Below, piece by piece: positions 40,537-49,124 of a DNA stretch of 57,369 nucleotides. The position numbers and the translations under genes are program-made. The first letter of the stretch is position 1, and every line of letters begins with the position of its first letter. The stretch covers positions 1-57,369 of the forward strand of contig CAIOJL010000004.1 in NCBI GenBank assembly GCA_903858595.1, written 5' to 3'. The notes below the pieces were generated by a model. That model saw only the letters and a list, made by a program, of their open reading frames with translations, was not told where the DNA came from and searched no databases. This DNA comes from an uncultured Spartobacteria bacterium (lineage in GTDB: Bacteria; Verrucomicrobiota; Verrucomicrobiia; Chthoniobacterales; UBA6821).

Positions 40537-40781
40537 ATTGCCTTGGTTGCCATGACCTACTACTCCCAGTCATTTTCCCCCGCCTCCGCAATGAGCGATT
40601 CCCAGCCCATGAACCAATGCCAAAGGACCGCCCGGAGAGAACATCGTGCGGGAATATCTCTCAATGCGTTCTCTTGCCACCCCTTAAAAAAACCGTTACT
40701 TCTTACTCTCGTTCTGATACTTACAATATATTCGGATATGGCTTCGGTGGTCATGCCATCCCCCACAGAACAACATCAACC

Positions 40782-42635
40782 ATGTTGAATCCCTCCGATC
40801 ACCCCCAGTCCGAAGGAGTCGAACGCCGGTCGCGCCAAGAAGCGGTTAATGAGATTCTTCCACCCGAGGGAGATGCAGTGGCCGGCATGCCGGAGCATGG
40901 ACGGGAGCGGGAACTCTCCACTCCGAATGAGGCGACCCAATCCCTCGCCTCTCGCGAGCTAGAGGAACTAGAGGAACTAGAGGAACTAGAGGAGCTAGAG
41001 GAGCTAGAGGCCGGGTCCGGGGAGGAATCTCTCCCACTCCAGACAACTGTCAGCGACTCGAGCCACACGACCCGTATGAACACTGGGATTATCGGCAAGA
41101 TTAGAATTGCTTGGCAGGAGAGTAGATTTTCTCATCAGCAGAGGATCCGCAGGTTCACGCTGCTGGGCGTCCGTATCACCAGTATCTCCCCGGAAGAAGC
41201 TGCGAAAAAGTGCTGCTCGGGAGGCCTGATCCTGGCGCCGTCGGGCCCCGGGCTTTGTAATGTCGCCTATGATCCCAACTATTGCCGGGCCCTGCAGGAG
41301 AGCGACATCAATCTCGCCGACAGTATCCTGGCCATAATGATCATGCTGTTTCTCGGTATCGGACGCCTTCGACGGACAAGTGGCCTGGGCTTCCTGAGGG
41401 CACTTCTCAAGCGGAACGAAATCAAACAGCTAGAATCCAGCTACTGGGTCATGCCAAGCACCGATTCCATGACAAAAAACCTGGCCTACCTGAACTCCAT
41501 GGGGATCCCGGTCCATGAGAACAACTGTTATGTGGCACCGATGTATCCTGCTTATGGCGAAGTAAGGGACTTCCGACTCCTGGCCGAGCTGAAACAACAC
41601 AAGCCTAGGTTCATCATGATCTGCACAGGGAGCGGATCGCAGGAAAAGCTCGGCGCCTGGCTGAATCGCCGACTGGACTATCACCCTACGATCTGCTGCA
41701 TCGGGGCGGCGATCGCCTTCGAGAGCGGGGACCAGATTCACATCCCGCGCTGGGCGGACGCTCTGGGATTAGGGTGGTTGTTCCGCTGCTTCTCCAACCC
41801 CAAGGTATTCGTCCCGCGTTACTTCAAGTCCCTGGAGCTGATCTATCTCTCCATCTGCCACCGCCGGGGAGCCCCTCTTCATGCCGCGCAACTCTTGATC
41901 AAGAACAACGCGCTCAATTACATCTCCTACTTCCTGATCATCCAGGGGATCGCGGTCTTCGGATCCTTAATCCTTTGGCACGATTTCCTGGAGTTTGTGT
42001 GTCATACGGATATGCTGGCCCATCGGCATTGGTTCATTGGTTCGGCGATTCTGCTGCTGAGCACCATCATCACCCGAATTGTGCGGATGCAAGGGAACGA
42101 TTACATCAGCATAAACAACACCCAAAACCTGCGCTCGGGATTTGTAGACTGGTTACTCACCTCCGCCATCTGCCTTGTGGCGCTGGTCATGACGAGGGAT
42201 CTGACGATTTCCAGGACCTTCATCATCACCTATCTGCCCATCCTTCTCCTAGTGATGGTGTCCTGCAATCTGCTGCTGCCGACTATCCTAACAAAGTATT
42301 TTTTTAGAAAAACCCTCACAACCAATACGGTGATCATTCCCCTTGCCATTCAAACCAAGAAAAACAAGACAATGATCGCAAAAATGCACTCTAACTGGGC
42401 GGCCCGCAACAGCTACTACTGCATGGAAATCTCGGGGCGGATTGGGGAGGAATCCTCGCCAGGGCTTGAGAAGATCCGTTATCTCGGGCCCGTAGAGGAA
42501 TTCCCGTCGATCTGCAATTCGCATGGCATACGACATGCCATGATTCTCATGCCGAACTCCCAAAAATCGAAAATCGAGAAACTTATCCAGGAATGCGAAC
42601 ACCTGAAGATCCACCTTTCGCTCATTCATGTCTGA
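40782..42635 (+). CDS. WecB/TagA/CpsF glycosyltransferase fused to WcaJ-like transmembrane and Rossmann-like domains
   Basis: PSGPGL, NLADS, RTSG, APMY, GSGSQEKLG, IGAAIAF, GWLFR...P...RY; then about 4 TM helices (RDLTISR) and YLG..E...I...I. ATG 40782 preferred over TTG/ATG further upstream. Confidence 0.78.
   Translation: MLNPSDHPQSEGVERRSRQEAVNEILPPEGDAVAGMPEHGRERELSTPNEATQSLASRELEELEELEELEELEELEAGSGEESLPLQTTVSDSSHTTRMNTGIIGKIRIAWQESRFSHQQRIRRFTLLGVRITSISPEEAAKKCCSGGLILAPSGPGLCNVAYDPNYCRALQESDINLADSILAIMIMLFLGIGRLRRTSGLGFLRALLKRNEIKQLESSYWVMPSTDSMTKNLAYLNSMGIPVHENNCYVAPMYPAYGEVRDFRLLAELKQHKPRFIMICTGSGSQEKLGAWLNRRLDYHPTICCIGAAIAFESGDQIHIPRWADALGLGWLFRCFSNPKVFVPRYFKSLELIYLSICHRRGAPLHAAQLLIKNNALNYISYFLIIQGIAVFGSLILWHDFLEFVCHTDMLAHRHWFIGSAILLLSTIITRIVRMQGNDYISINNTQNLRSGFVDWLLTSAICLVALVMTRDLTISRTFIITYLPILLLVMVSCNLLLPTILTKYFFRKTLTTNTVIIPLAIQTKKNKTMIAKMHSNWAARNSYYCMEISGRIGEESSPGLEKIRYLGPVEEFPSICNSHGIRHAMILMPNSQKSKIEKLIQECEHLKIHLSLIHV
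40956..41009 (+). repeat. In-frame 9-bp tandem repeat, 6 copies (encodes ELE x6)
   Basis: GAGCTAGAG (GAACTAGAG)x3 (GAGCTAGAG)x2. Confidence 0.95.
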
Positions 42636-42739
42636 TCACACTGAGGTGAATTTTCCTTCCAGGGGTGTTTTAAGGCACGTGCCGCCCGCAGTCAGGATGC
42701 CGGATTGACACGAATTTTGAATCAGATCAAATCAAGGGC

Positions 42740-43765
42740 ATGTTCCATGACGCCATCCACAGTCTGATCGTCCAACCTGATGACGGGATCGCCCCGATCC
42801 TCGGCACTATCGAGACCGCCAAGCACTCGCTCGACATCAAGATGTTCCAGTTCACGGATCCCGTCCTGATCGAGGCGGTGATCGCGGCCCACAAGCGCGG
42901 CGTGAAGGTCCGCGTGATGCTCAACCCCTCCCGATTCACCGGGGAGCATGACAATGACGAGGCCTTCGAGCTCTTCAAGAACGCGAAGGTGAACGTCAAG
43001 GAGACGAACCCCAAGTATCCGATCACCCATGAGAAGTCGATGGTCGTCGATGGCAAACAGGCCTTCATCATGTCGCTCAACTGGGCTCCGAAGTACTTCG
43101 GACTGACCCGTGACTATGGTCTGGTGACCAATGATCCGGAGGAGGTCTCCGAGGTGGCCGGCTGCTTCGAGGCCGACTGGAACCGTGAGGACTTCGTTCC
43201 TCCGGCAGTCTCGAACGTGATCTGGAGCGTCGGCCGTGCGCGGCAGGAGGTGATCGACTTCATCGATGGGGCCAAGAAGACTCTCTACATCCAGCATGAG
43301 AAATATGTCGACACGCCTGTCATCGAGGCGCTTGTCCGGGCCAAGATGAAACGCGATGTGAAGGTCCACGCCACGGCCCTGCCGGTGCATTCGCTCAGGG
43401 ACTTCTACATCGTCGAGGGGGTCGCGGGTCTCAGGCTTCTCGAGGATCTCGGTATTAATGTTCACAAACTCCACGGCATCCATCTTCACGCGAAGCTGAT
43501 CCTGGCGGACAAGCAGCGAGCGCTGCTGAGCTCCTTCAACATCTATCCTAAGTGCTTCAACGAACGCCGCGAGCTTGGCATCCGCTTCAGCGATCCCGAC
43601 CTGATCAAGCGTCTGGTGAAGATCTTCGAGTCGGACTGGGAAACCTCGAAGAAAATGGACCTCACCGACGCAGGCATCCAGGCTGACCGGGAAAAGTATG
43701 CCGCGAAGGTGCTGGCAGAACAAAAAGAAGGAAGAGGCAATGCCGGGGAAAGCCCGGCATCCTGA
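42740..43765 (+). CDS. Phospholipase D superfamily protein with two HKD motifs
   Basis: HEKSMVVD...SLN and HAKLILAD...SFN; no signal peptide or TM helix; TTGACA at 42705-42710 upstream. Confidence 0.88.
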   Translation: MFHDAIHSLIVQPDDGIAPILGTIETAKHSLDIKMFQFTDPVLIEAVIAAHKRGVKVRVMLNPSRFTGEHDNDEAFELFKNAKVNVKETNPKYPITHEKSMVVDGKQAFIMSLNWAPKYFGLTRDYGLVTNDPEEVSEVAGCFEADWNREDFVPPAVSNVIWSVGRARQEVIDFIDGAKKTLYIQHEKYVDTPVIEALVRAKMKRDVKVHATALPVHSLRDFYIVEGVAGLRLLEDLGINVHKLHGIHLHAKLILADKQRALLSSFNIYPKCFNERRELGIRFSDPDLIKRLVKIFESDWETSKKMDLTDAGIQADREKYAAKVLAEQKEGRGNAGESPAS

Positions 43766-44381
43766 CCCGGAAGAGGTGGCGGGCTTCTCCCCCTCCACTT
43801 CTTTAAGGGTCAAGGTATCGCTTCTGGAGATCGCCGGTCTCTTCTGCTTCATCGGTCTCACGAGCTTCGGGGGCGGTATCACCGCCTATATCCGGCGGAT
43901 GGTGGTCACCCAGAAGAGGTGGCTGACGGACGATGAGTTCATGCCCGGCCTGGGGCTGGTCCAACTCCTTCCGGGTGCCAATGTGGTGGGGCTTTCCGTC
44001 TATATTGGCAATCACCTGAAGGGCCCCATCGGCTCGGTGGTGGCTCTCGGCTCCCTGCTTGTGCCCCCGTTCGTATCGACTTGTGCGCTGGGGTTCCTCT
44101 ACTTCCACGCAGGTCACACCGCCGACGCCCACGCGGTGCTGGCTGGAGTCACAGCGGCTGCCTGCGGACTGATGGCGAGCATGGTCTTCGAGGCGGGAGG
44201 TGAGGCGATCAAGGGGGCCTTCGACGTGGTGCTGATCCTAATCACGTTTGCCCTGGTGAGGTTCGCCCATCTCCATGTCCCCTATGTGATCCTGATCGTG
44301 GCTCCCCTAGCCATCTGGTGGCACAGACCACGCCCTCCCAAGCTCAAGGCACCCGATACGGGTGATTCCACGGTCTCATGA
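43740..44381 (+). CDS. Short-chain chromate ion transporter, subunit 1 (ChrA family)
   Basis: IGLTSFGGG, V.QKRWL, QLLPG, hydrophobic; start uncertain (43698 or 43740). Confidence 0.88.
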   Translation: MPGKARHPDPEEVAGFSPSTSLRVKVSLLEIAGLFCFIGLTSFGGGITAYIRRMVVTQKRWLTDDEFMPGLGLVQLLPGANVVGLSVYIGNHLKGPIGSVVALGSLLVPPFVSTCALGFLYFHAGHTADAHAVLAGVTAAACGLMASMVFEAGGEAIKGAFDVVLILITFALVRFAHLHVPYVILIVAPLAIWWHRPRPPKLKAPDTGDSTVS

Positions 44382-44923
44382 ACAAGACCCTGCTTCAGCT
44401 CGCAGGTCTCTTCTCGTCGCTCTCGCTCTCGGCCTTCGGTGGAGGGAAGGTGGTTCTGCCCTCGATGCATCAGGCCTCGGTCGGTGAATATCACTGGATG
44501 ACAAGCCAGGAGTTCGTGGACCTCTTCTCCATCAGTATGGCGGCACCGGGGCCCTCGATGATGGTGGTAACGCTCGTCGGCCTGAAGGCCTGTCTTCCCT
44601 ACGGCCCGGCGATCGCGATTCTCGGTGCGCTTGTCGCCACGCTGGCGATGTTCGTGCCGAGTTCGATCCTGGTCTATTTCGCCGGCAATTGGTGGGATCA
44701 CTGGAAAGAATCCCCCTGGAGGCACTCGGTCATGAATGCGATCCTGCCGATCTCTACCGGCCTGATCCTGGCCGCGACCTGGATCATCACCAAGACCTCG
44801 ATCCACTCGGTGCCGACCGCCATCATGGGCATCGTGGCGCTGGCTCTGATGCTCTTCACCAAGATCAATCCCGTCCTGATGATGGGCATGGCAGGCTTGA
44901 TCAGCTGGGTATTCCTCAGATAA
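44378..44923 (+). CDS. Short-chain chromate ion transporter, subunit 2 (ChrA family)
   Basis: SLSAFGGG, HWMT..EF.D, AAPGP; ATGA overlap with subunit 1. Confidence 0.88.
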   Translation: MNKTLLQLAGLFSSLSLSAFGGGKVVLPSMHQASVGEYHWMTSQEFVDLFSISMAAPGPSMMVVTLVGLKACLPYGPAIAILGALVATLAMFVPSSILVYFAGNWWDHWKESPWRHSVMNAILPISTGLILAATWIITKTSIHSVPTAIMGIVALALMLFTKINPVLMMGMAGLISWVFLR

Positions 44924-45127
44924 AGCGCGGGTGCGAAAATGGGATTGCAGGCGTTTCCCTAAGCAGTTTCGTTAGCGCTGGATAAGCGTTTCCCCATCTA
45001 TCGGGCAGGGTCAGCCGGCATTACTTTTCTTTCATGCGCCGGGAAATTCAATCCGGTTCCATCGCTCGGTTCATTTGGCAGGTGATCCGGCGATCCATGA
45101 AATCCATGCCACACCAACGAAAAAGCT

Positions 45128-45583
45128 ATGAACATGACACTGACACGATGGAACCCGATCCGCGAACTTGAGGAGGTACAGTCACGGCTCTCCAGCATTC
45201 TCCCCTTCCCGTCACTACGACACAATGGGGACAAGGAACTGATGACCGTGGCCCAGTGGGCGCCGGCGGTGGATATCATCGAGGATGAGCACGAATATGT
45301 GATCACGGCGGAGTTACCCGAAATCAAGAAGGAAGAGGTCAAGGTGACCGTGGAAAACGGCATCCTGACGATTTCCGGAGAACGAAAATTCGAGAAGGAG
45401 GAGAAGGGAAAGAAGTACCACCGCATCGAGCGCTCCTACGGCAGCTTCCTGAGGAGCTTCGATCTGCCGGATGATGCTGATGCAGGCAAGGTCGACGCCA
45501 AGTTCAGTGATGGTACACTGAAGGTGCATGTCATCAAGAGCGAGAAGGCCCGTCCGAAACAGATCGAGATCAAGGCTTCCTGA
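45128..45583 (+). CDS. Hsp20/alpha-crystallin small heat shock protein
   Basis: WAPAVDI.E, AELP, LTISGER, ERSYGSF.RSF.LP, GTLKV. Confidence 0.95.
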   Translation: MNMTLTRWNPIRELEEVQSRLSSILPFPSLRHNGDKELMTVAQWAPAVDIIEDEHEYVITAELPEIKKEEVKVTVENGILTISGERKFEKEEKGKKYHRIERSYGSFLRSFDLPDDADAGKVDAKFSDGTLKVHVIKSEKARPKQIEIKAS

Positions 45584-45648
45584 TCACGGCTCAACACTAA
45601 TGACTGGAATGATCCGGAGCGGGAATCCCCCCTCCGGGATCATTTGGA

Positions 45649-47754
45649 TTACTGGGATCGCAGAATGGAGAGAGACCAGGCAGGAAGTGTGAAACACTGA
45701 TTGTCCGAGATCGCGCTTGTGATCGTGCTCTGGGAAGGAAGTAGATTGCGAGTCGGATGCCCCGTGGGGCCGTCGGCTTGCCAGTAATATTGATCGGCAG
45801 CATAAGTCACGAGTCGTGCTGAACCTGCCCAGGGATTCCTTCCCCGGATAAGGAGATGAACAGGGTGCGTCGAATCTTTGTTGATCAGTAGCAAGGACCA
45901 CTTGTTATCGGGGCGCTTGAGTGCAAAGGCACTCAGTAGATCCTTTGTTTTCTTGCCGGAAAGATGAACGGGGAAGCTCTGATGCATCCCTCCCTGGGCA
46001 GCTAACCATTCCCTGTTCATCATCTTCAGGGCTTGGTACGTGGCAACGGGCGCTATCCCGTCCTTGTCTTCCAGCAGCATGAGCTGGTTGCCCCAGGAGC
46101 CGCTGCTGCCATCGAGTTTGTTCGGCTCATAGCCGTAGTAGTAGAAGGCATCCCCTCCCCCACAGAGGAACTGAGCAGGCGTCTCAACATTCAGAAGGCC
46201 ACCACCGAGATCGACCTCTTGGCGGCAGGGGAAGACAGAGTAGTTGCTCTCACCGATCACAAGCGGCAGATGAAAACAGCGTAGAGATCGCATCGTCCGC
46301 GAGAGCATCCCCGAGGCCTTCGGAACCTGCATAGACTCCTTTCCGACGATATCACCCACCTCGTCGAAGGGATAGCACTCGAAGGAGAGGAAGCGGAAAT
46401 CGCGTGACTGATTCCGCCGCTTGAGCTCCCCAAAAAAATCCCGAATCCACCAGCGCTTGTCGAAGCGATAGGTCTGGTCATCACCCGATTCGACATCCAG
46501 CGTGACAAAGCTCGGACCTCCCATCACGGCATCCGGCACGACTTTTCTAACTTCACGGCTGACCTGGGCATAGAGCGCCCCGAAATCCTTCGGGTCGATC
46601 CGCTGGCCGTCGGGTTCCTCGCCGAGTTCATAGCGACTGACAGGATAACTCGAGCGCTGAACATAGGCGGCCAACCCCGCGGCATTCTCTGGGGTGTCGT
46701 AGAGCGCTGGTAATGCCAGCATCAGGGGTAGCCCTCTGGTGATGCCGCATCGGGCCAGAAGATCAATCCCTGCTTGCTCAACCTTTGGATCACGATCGCA
46801 GGCTCGATGCCATGGGTCGGTCGAGGATGCGTAGGTGATGGTCTGCTTCTTGTCCGGGCTGTGAATCACATGATCATCAAAATAGAACTGCGAGGCCTCA
46901 CCCGCACTGATCTCACGAATGGCATAGCCCAGATGATCACGGGGATCCGTCGCTCTCGGCATCGCAGTTCCTGAACCCCCCGTCATCCAGACCCTGAGAT
47001 AACGTGCCTTCACGGCATGCTTCGCCAACTTCAGGAACTGATCCCCTCCTTTTCCGGTGTTAACCTCCCCCTTCGGAAAAGTGCGCCAGACAGGGAAAAG
47101 AATGTTTCCCGGGTGTCCTCCGAAATAGACACGCCCCTTGGTTGCATACTCGACACGGAAGCTCGTGGCGTAGGGCTCGGCCCACAGGATATCGATTGCA
47201 TTTACAGGAACCGGCTTCCCGAAATCCAGAACCACCCACTGAGGATGACGGGAATCAGGCTCCCCAGTGTAAGGTTGGCAGAGGTAAGGATTGCTCTTCC
47301 AGAAGGTCTTAAGATTACCGTCGTCGAACCGCGAATAGCCGTCGTCGTTGGCCTCATCGAGCGTATCACCTCGTCGTGGCAGCTTATAACCGTAGGAAAG
47401 CCGGATGGAATAAGACGGATCGGGTTTGGCATCGGAGGTCCAATAGCCCTGATGATGATTCGAATCACTCCATCTTCCCCTCGGATTCCAGTGCCAGGCC
47501 TCGACCGCTAACTCGGTCCGTAATCTCACCGAAATCGGGCCCAATCCAGCTCCCAGCATCTGCTTCACACTCTCCGGCGAGAGCATTCTCTGACAATCGC
47601 CCTGCTCGTGCCCATCAATCCCGGCGCCAAAGGCCTTGCAAGGGTCAAAGCTCGCTGTCGGGTGCTTGGTATCGATCGAGAGCGTTACCTCCCTTGGCTG
47701 TTCGGCGGAACAAAGCACCCCACCGAGGCAGAAGAAGAGCAGAATGAATTTCAC
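45649..47754 (-). CDS. Secreted discoidin (F5/8 type C) domain protein with GH-A-like glycoside hydrolase barrel
   Basis: Signal-like KFILLFFCLGGVLC; DGNLKTFWKS...QWVVLDFG...ARYLRV (discoidin); YELGEEPD and LVIGESN (clan A-like Glu positions); C-terminal LLLINKD...LPAWSL beta-sandwich. Start uncertain. Confidence 0.7.
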   Translation of the reverse strand: MKFILLFFCLGGVLCSAEQPREVTLSIDTKHPTASFDPCKAFGAGIDGHEQGDCQRMLSPESVKQMLGAGLGPISVRLRTELAVEAWHWNPRGRWSDSNHHQGYWTSDAKPDPSYSIRLSYGYKLPRRGDTLDEANDDGYSRFDDGNLKTFWKSNPYLCQPYTGEPDSRHPQWVVLDFGKPVPVNAIDILWAEPYATSFRVEYATKGRVYFGGHPGNILFPVWRTFPKGEVNTGKGGDQFLKLAKHAVKARYLRVWMTGGSGTAMPRATDPRDHLGYAIREISAGEASQFYFDDHVIHSPDKKQTITYASSTDPWHRACDRDPKVEQAGIDLLARCGITRGLPLMLALPALYDTPENAAGLAAYVQRSSYPVSRYELGEEPDGQRIDPKDFGALYAQVSREVRKVVPDAVMGGPSFVTLDVESGDDQTYRFDKRWWIRDFFGELKRRNQSRDFRFLSFECYPFDEVGDIVGKESMQVPKASGMLSRTMRSLRCFHLPLVIGESNYSVFPCRQEVDLGGGLLNVETPAQFLCGGGDAFYYYGYEPNKLDGSSGSWGNQLMLLEDKDGIAPVATYQALKMMNREWLAAQGGMHQSFPVHLSGKKTKDLLSAFALKRPDNKWSLLLINKDSTHPVHLLIRGRNPWAGSARLVTYAADQYYWQADGPTGHPTRNLLPSQSTITSAISDNQCFTLPAWSLSILRSQ

Positions 47755-47777
47755 AGGGATGAAGGGAATCAAAGGGA
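47749..47777. repeat. Dispersed REP-like repeat, copy 1
   Basis: TTTCACAGGGATGAAGGGAATCAAAGGGA, 26/29 identical to the reverse complement of 53617-53645. Confidence 0.75.
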
Positions 47778-47938
47778 CATTCAAAAAAACTTCCTCCCTT
47801 CTGCACGAACAGCCTAAACCCCTAAAACAGGAACAGCCCCGCAACTTTTCGGTTGCAGGCTGCCTCTGGGTGGATTTCCCCCACGGGAAATCCCATGGGG
47901 GTCTCGGGGAGGAAATCCTGAATTAGTTTAGTGACGAC

Positions 47939-49000
47939 TTACCACTCGAGAGAGCTGGCGTTCTGGTAGGCGGTAACCTTGGTCTCGAAGAAGTTCGCCT
48001 CCTTGGAGAGGTCGGCCACCTCGCTCATCCAGGGGAACGGATTCTGACTTCCGAACTCCTGGGGCATATTGAGTCGGTCAAAGCGGCGGTCGGCGATGTA
48101 CTGAACATACTCGCGGAAGAGGCCGGCATTCAGTCCTAGGATGCCTCGGGGCATGCAATCCTGAGCATAGGCAATCTCGAGTTCGACGGCCTTCAGAATC
48201 ATGGTGCGCACTTCACCCTCGAGCTCCGGGGTCCAGGCCTCGGGGTTCTCCTCGCGGATACCGTTGATGAGGTCGATACCGAAGTTCAGGTGGATCGACT
48301 CGTCGCGCATGATGTATTCGAACTGCTGGCCGATGCCGACCATCTTGTTCTGCCTCTTGAAGGAGAGGAGCATCACGAAGCCGCTGTAGAAGAAGATTCC
48401 CTCCATAATGACATAGAAGCCGACTAGGTTCTTGAGGAAGGTCTGGAGTCCCTCAGTGGTCTCGGTGGAGAACCCATCCTCCATAATGGAGGCGGTAAGG
48501 CTCATCTCGAAGGCATCCTTCTCATTAATGGAATTCACCTCATGGTACATGTTGAAGACCTCGCGCTGGTCCAGCGAAAGACTCTCGACGATATACTGGA
48601 AGGTGTGCGTGTGAATCGCCTCTTCGAAGCCCTGACGAAGCATATACTGACGGGCCTCGGGATTGGTGACGTGCTTGAAGATCGCGAGCACGATGTTGTT
48701 CCCGACGAGGCTCTCGGCGGTGCTGAAGAAGCCGAGATTCCGCATGATGACCTGGCGCTCGTCGGCCGTGAGCTTGTTGGACTTCCAGAGCTCGATGTCG
48801 CGCTGCATCGGGACCTCATTCGGCATCCAATGATTGGCGCAGCCCTTAGTGTAGTAATCCCAGGCCCAGGTGTACTTCAGGGGCATGAGCTGGTTCACGT
48901 CGACCTGCTTGCAGTTGACCAGGCGTTTCTGATCAGAGTCGATCCGCTTGGTGAGGTCGTGAAAGGTGGCTGGTTGGGTAGTGGAGGAGCAGCAGGACAT
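47939..49000 (-). CDS. nrdB: Ribonucleotide reductase beta subunit, class Ic (Chlamydia-type) signature
   Basis: [51 protein letters not shown]. Confidence 0.95.
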   Translation of the reverse strand: MSCCSSTTQPATFHDLTKRIDSDQKRLVNCKQVDVNQLMPLKYTWAWDYYTKGCANHWMPNEVPMQRDIELWKSNKLTADERQVIMRNLGFFSTAESLVGNNIVLAIFKHVTNPEARQYMLRQGFEEAIHTHTFQYIVESLSLDQREVFNMYHEVNSINEKDAFEMSLTASIMEDGFSTETTEGLQTFLKNLVGFYVIMEGIFFYSGFVMLLSFKRQNKMVGIGQQFEYIMRDESIHLNFGIDLINGIREENPEAWTPELEGEVRTMILKAVELEIAYAQDCMPRGILGLNAGLFREYVQYIADRRFDRLNMPQEFGSQNPFPWMSEVADLSKEANFFETKVTAYQNASSLEW

Positions 49001-49124
49001 AATGGTGAGTTCGTTGGTATGGGTTAAGTTATGTGCAGACCGTCGTTTTTTCCAGCGTGGGTGTGTTGTTGGGTTGGTGACGACGGGGTGGGGTGGGGAA
49101 TCTTAAAGGGGTATCGATGTCAAC

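Noticed and set aside
40299-40553. 84-aa ORF upstream of the PstS-like gene
   Set aside because: Low-complexity translation of A/C tracts that overlaps the operator-like site; more likely untranslated leader.
40956-41009. CRISPR-like array
   Set aside because: Contiguous 9-bp units without spacers; no CRISPR array or cas gene was seen anywhere in the window.
42722-43882. 386-aa minus-strand ORF
   Set aside because: Antisense to the PLD gene, which has two clear HKD motifs.
44972-44998. Possible CIRCE operator before hsp20 (TTAGCGCTG)
   Set aside because: Only a degenerate left half; no GAGTGCTAA right half 9 bp downstream.
47877-47900. Intrinsic terminator after nrdB
   Set aside because: A hairpin is present but there is no U-tract on the coding strand, so it was not called.
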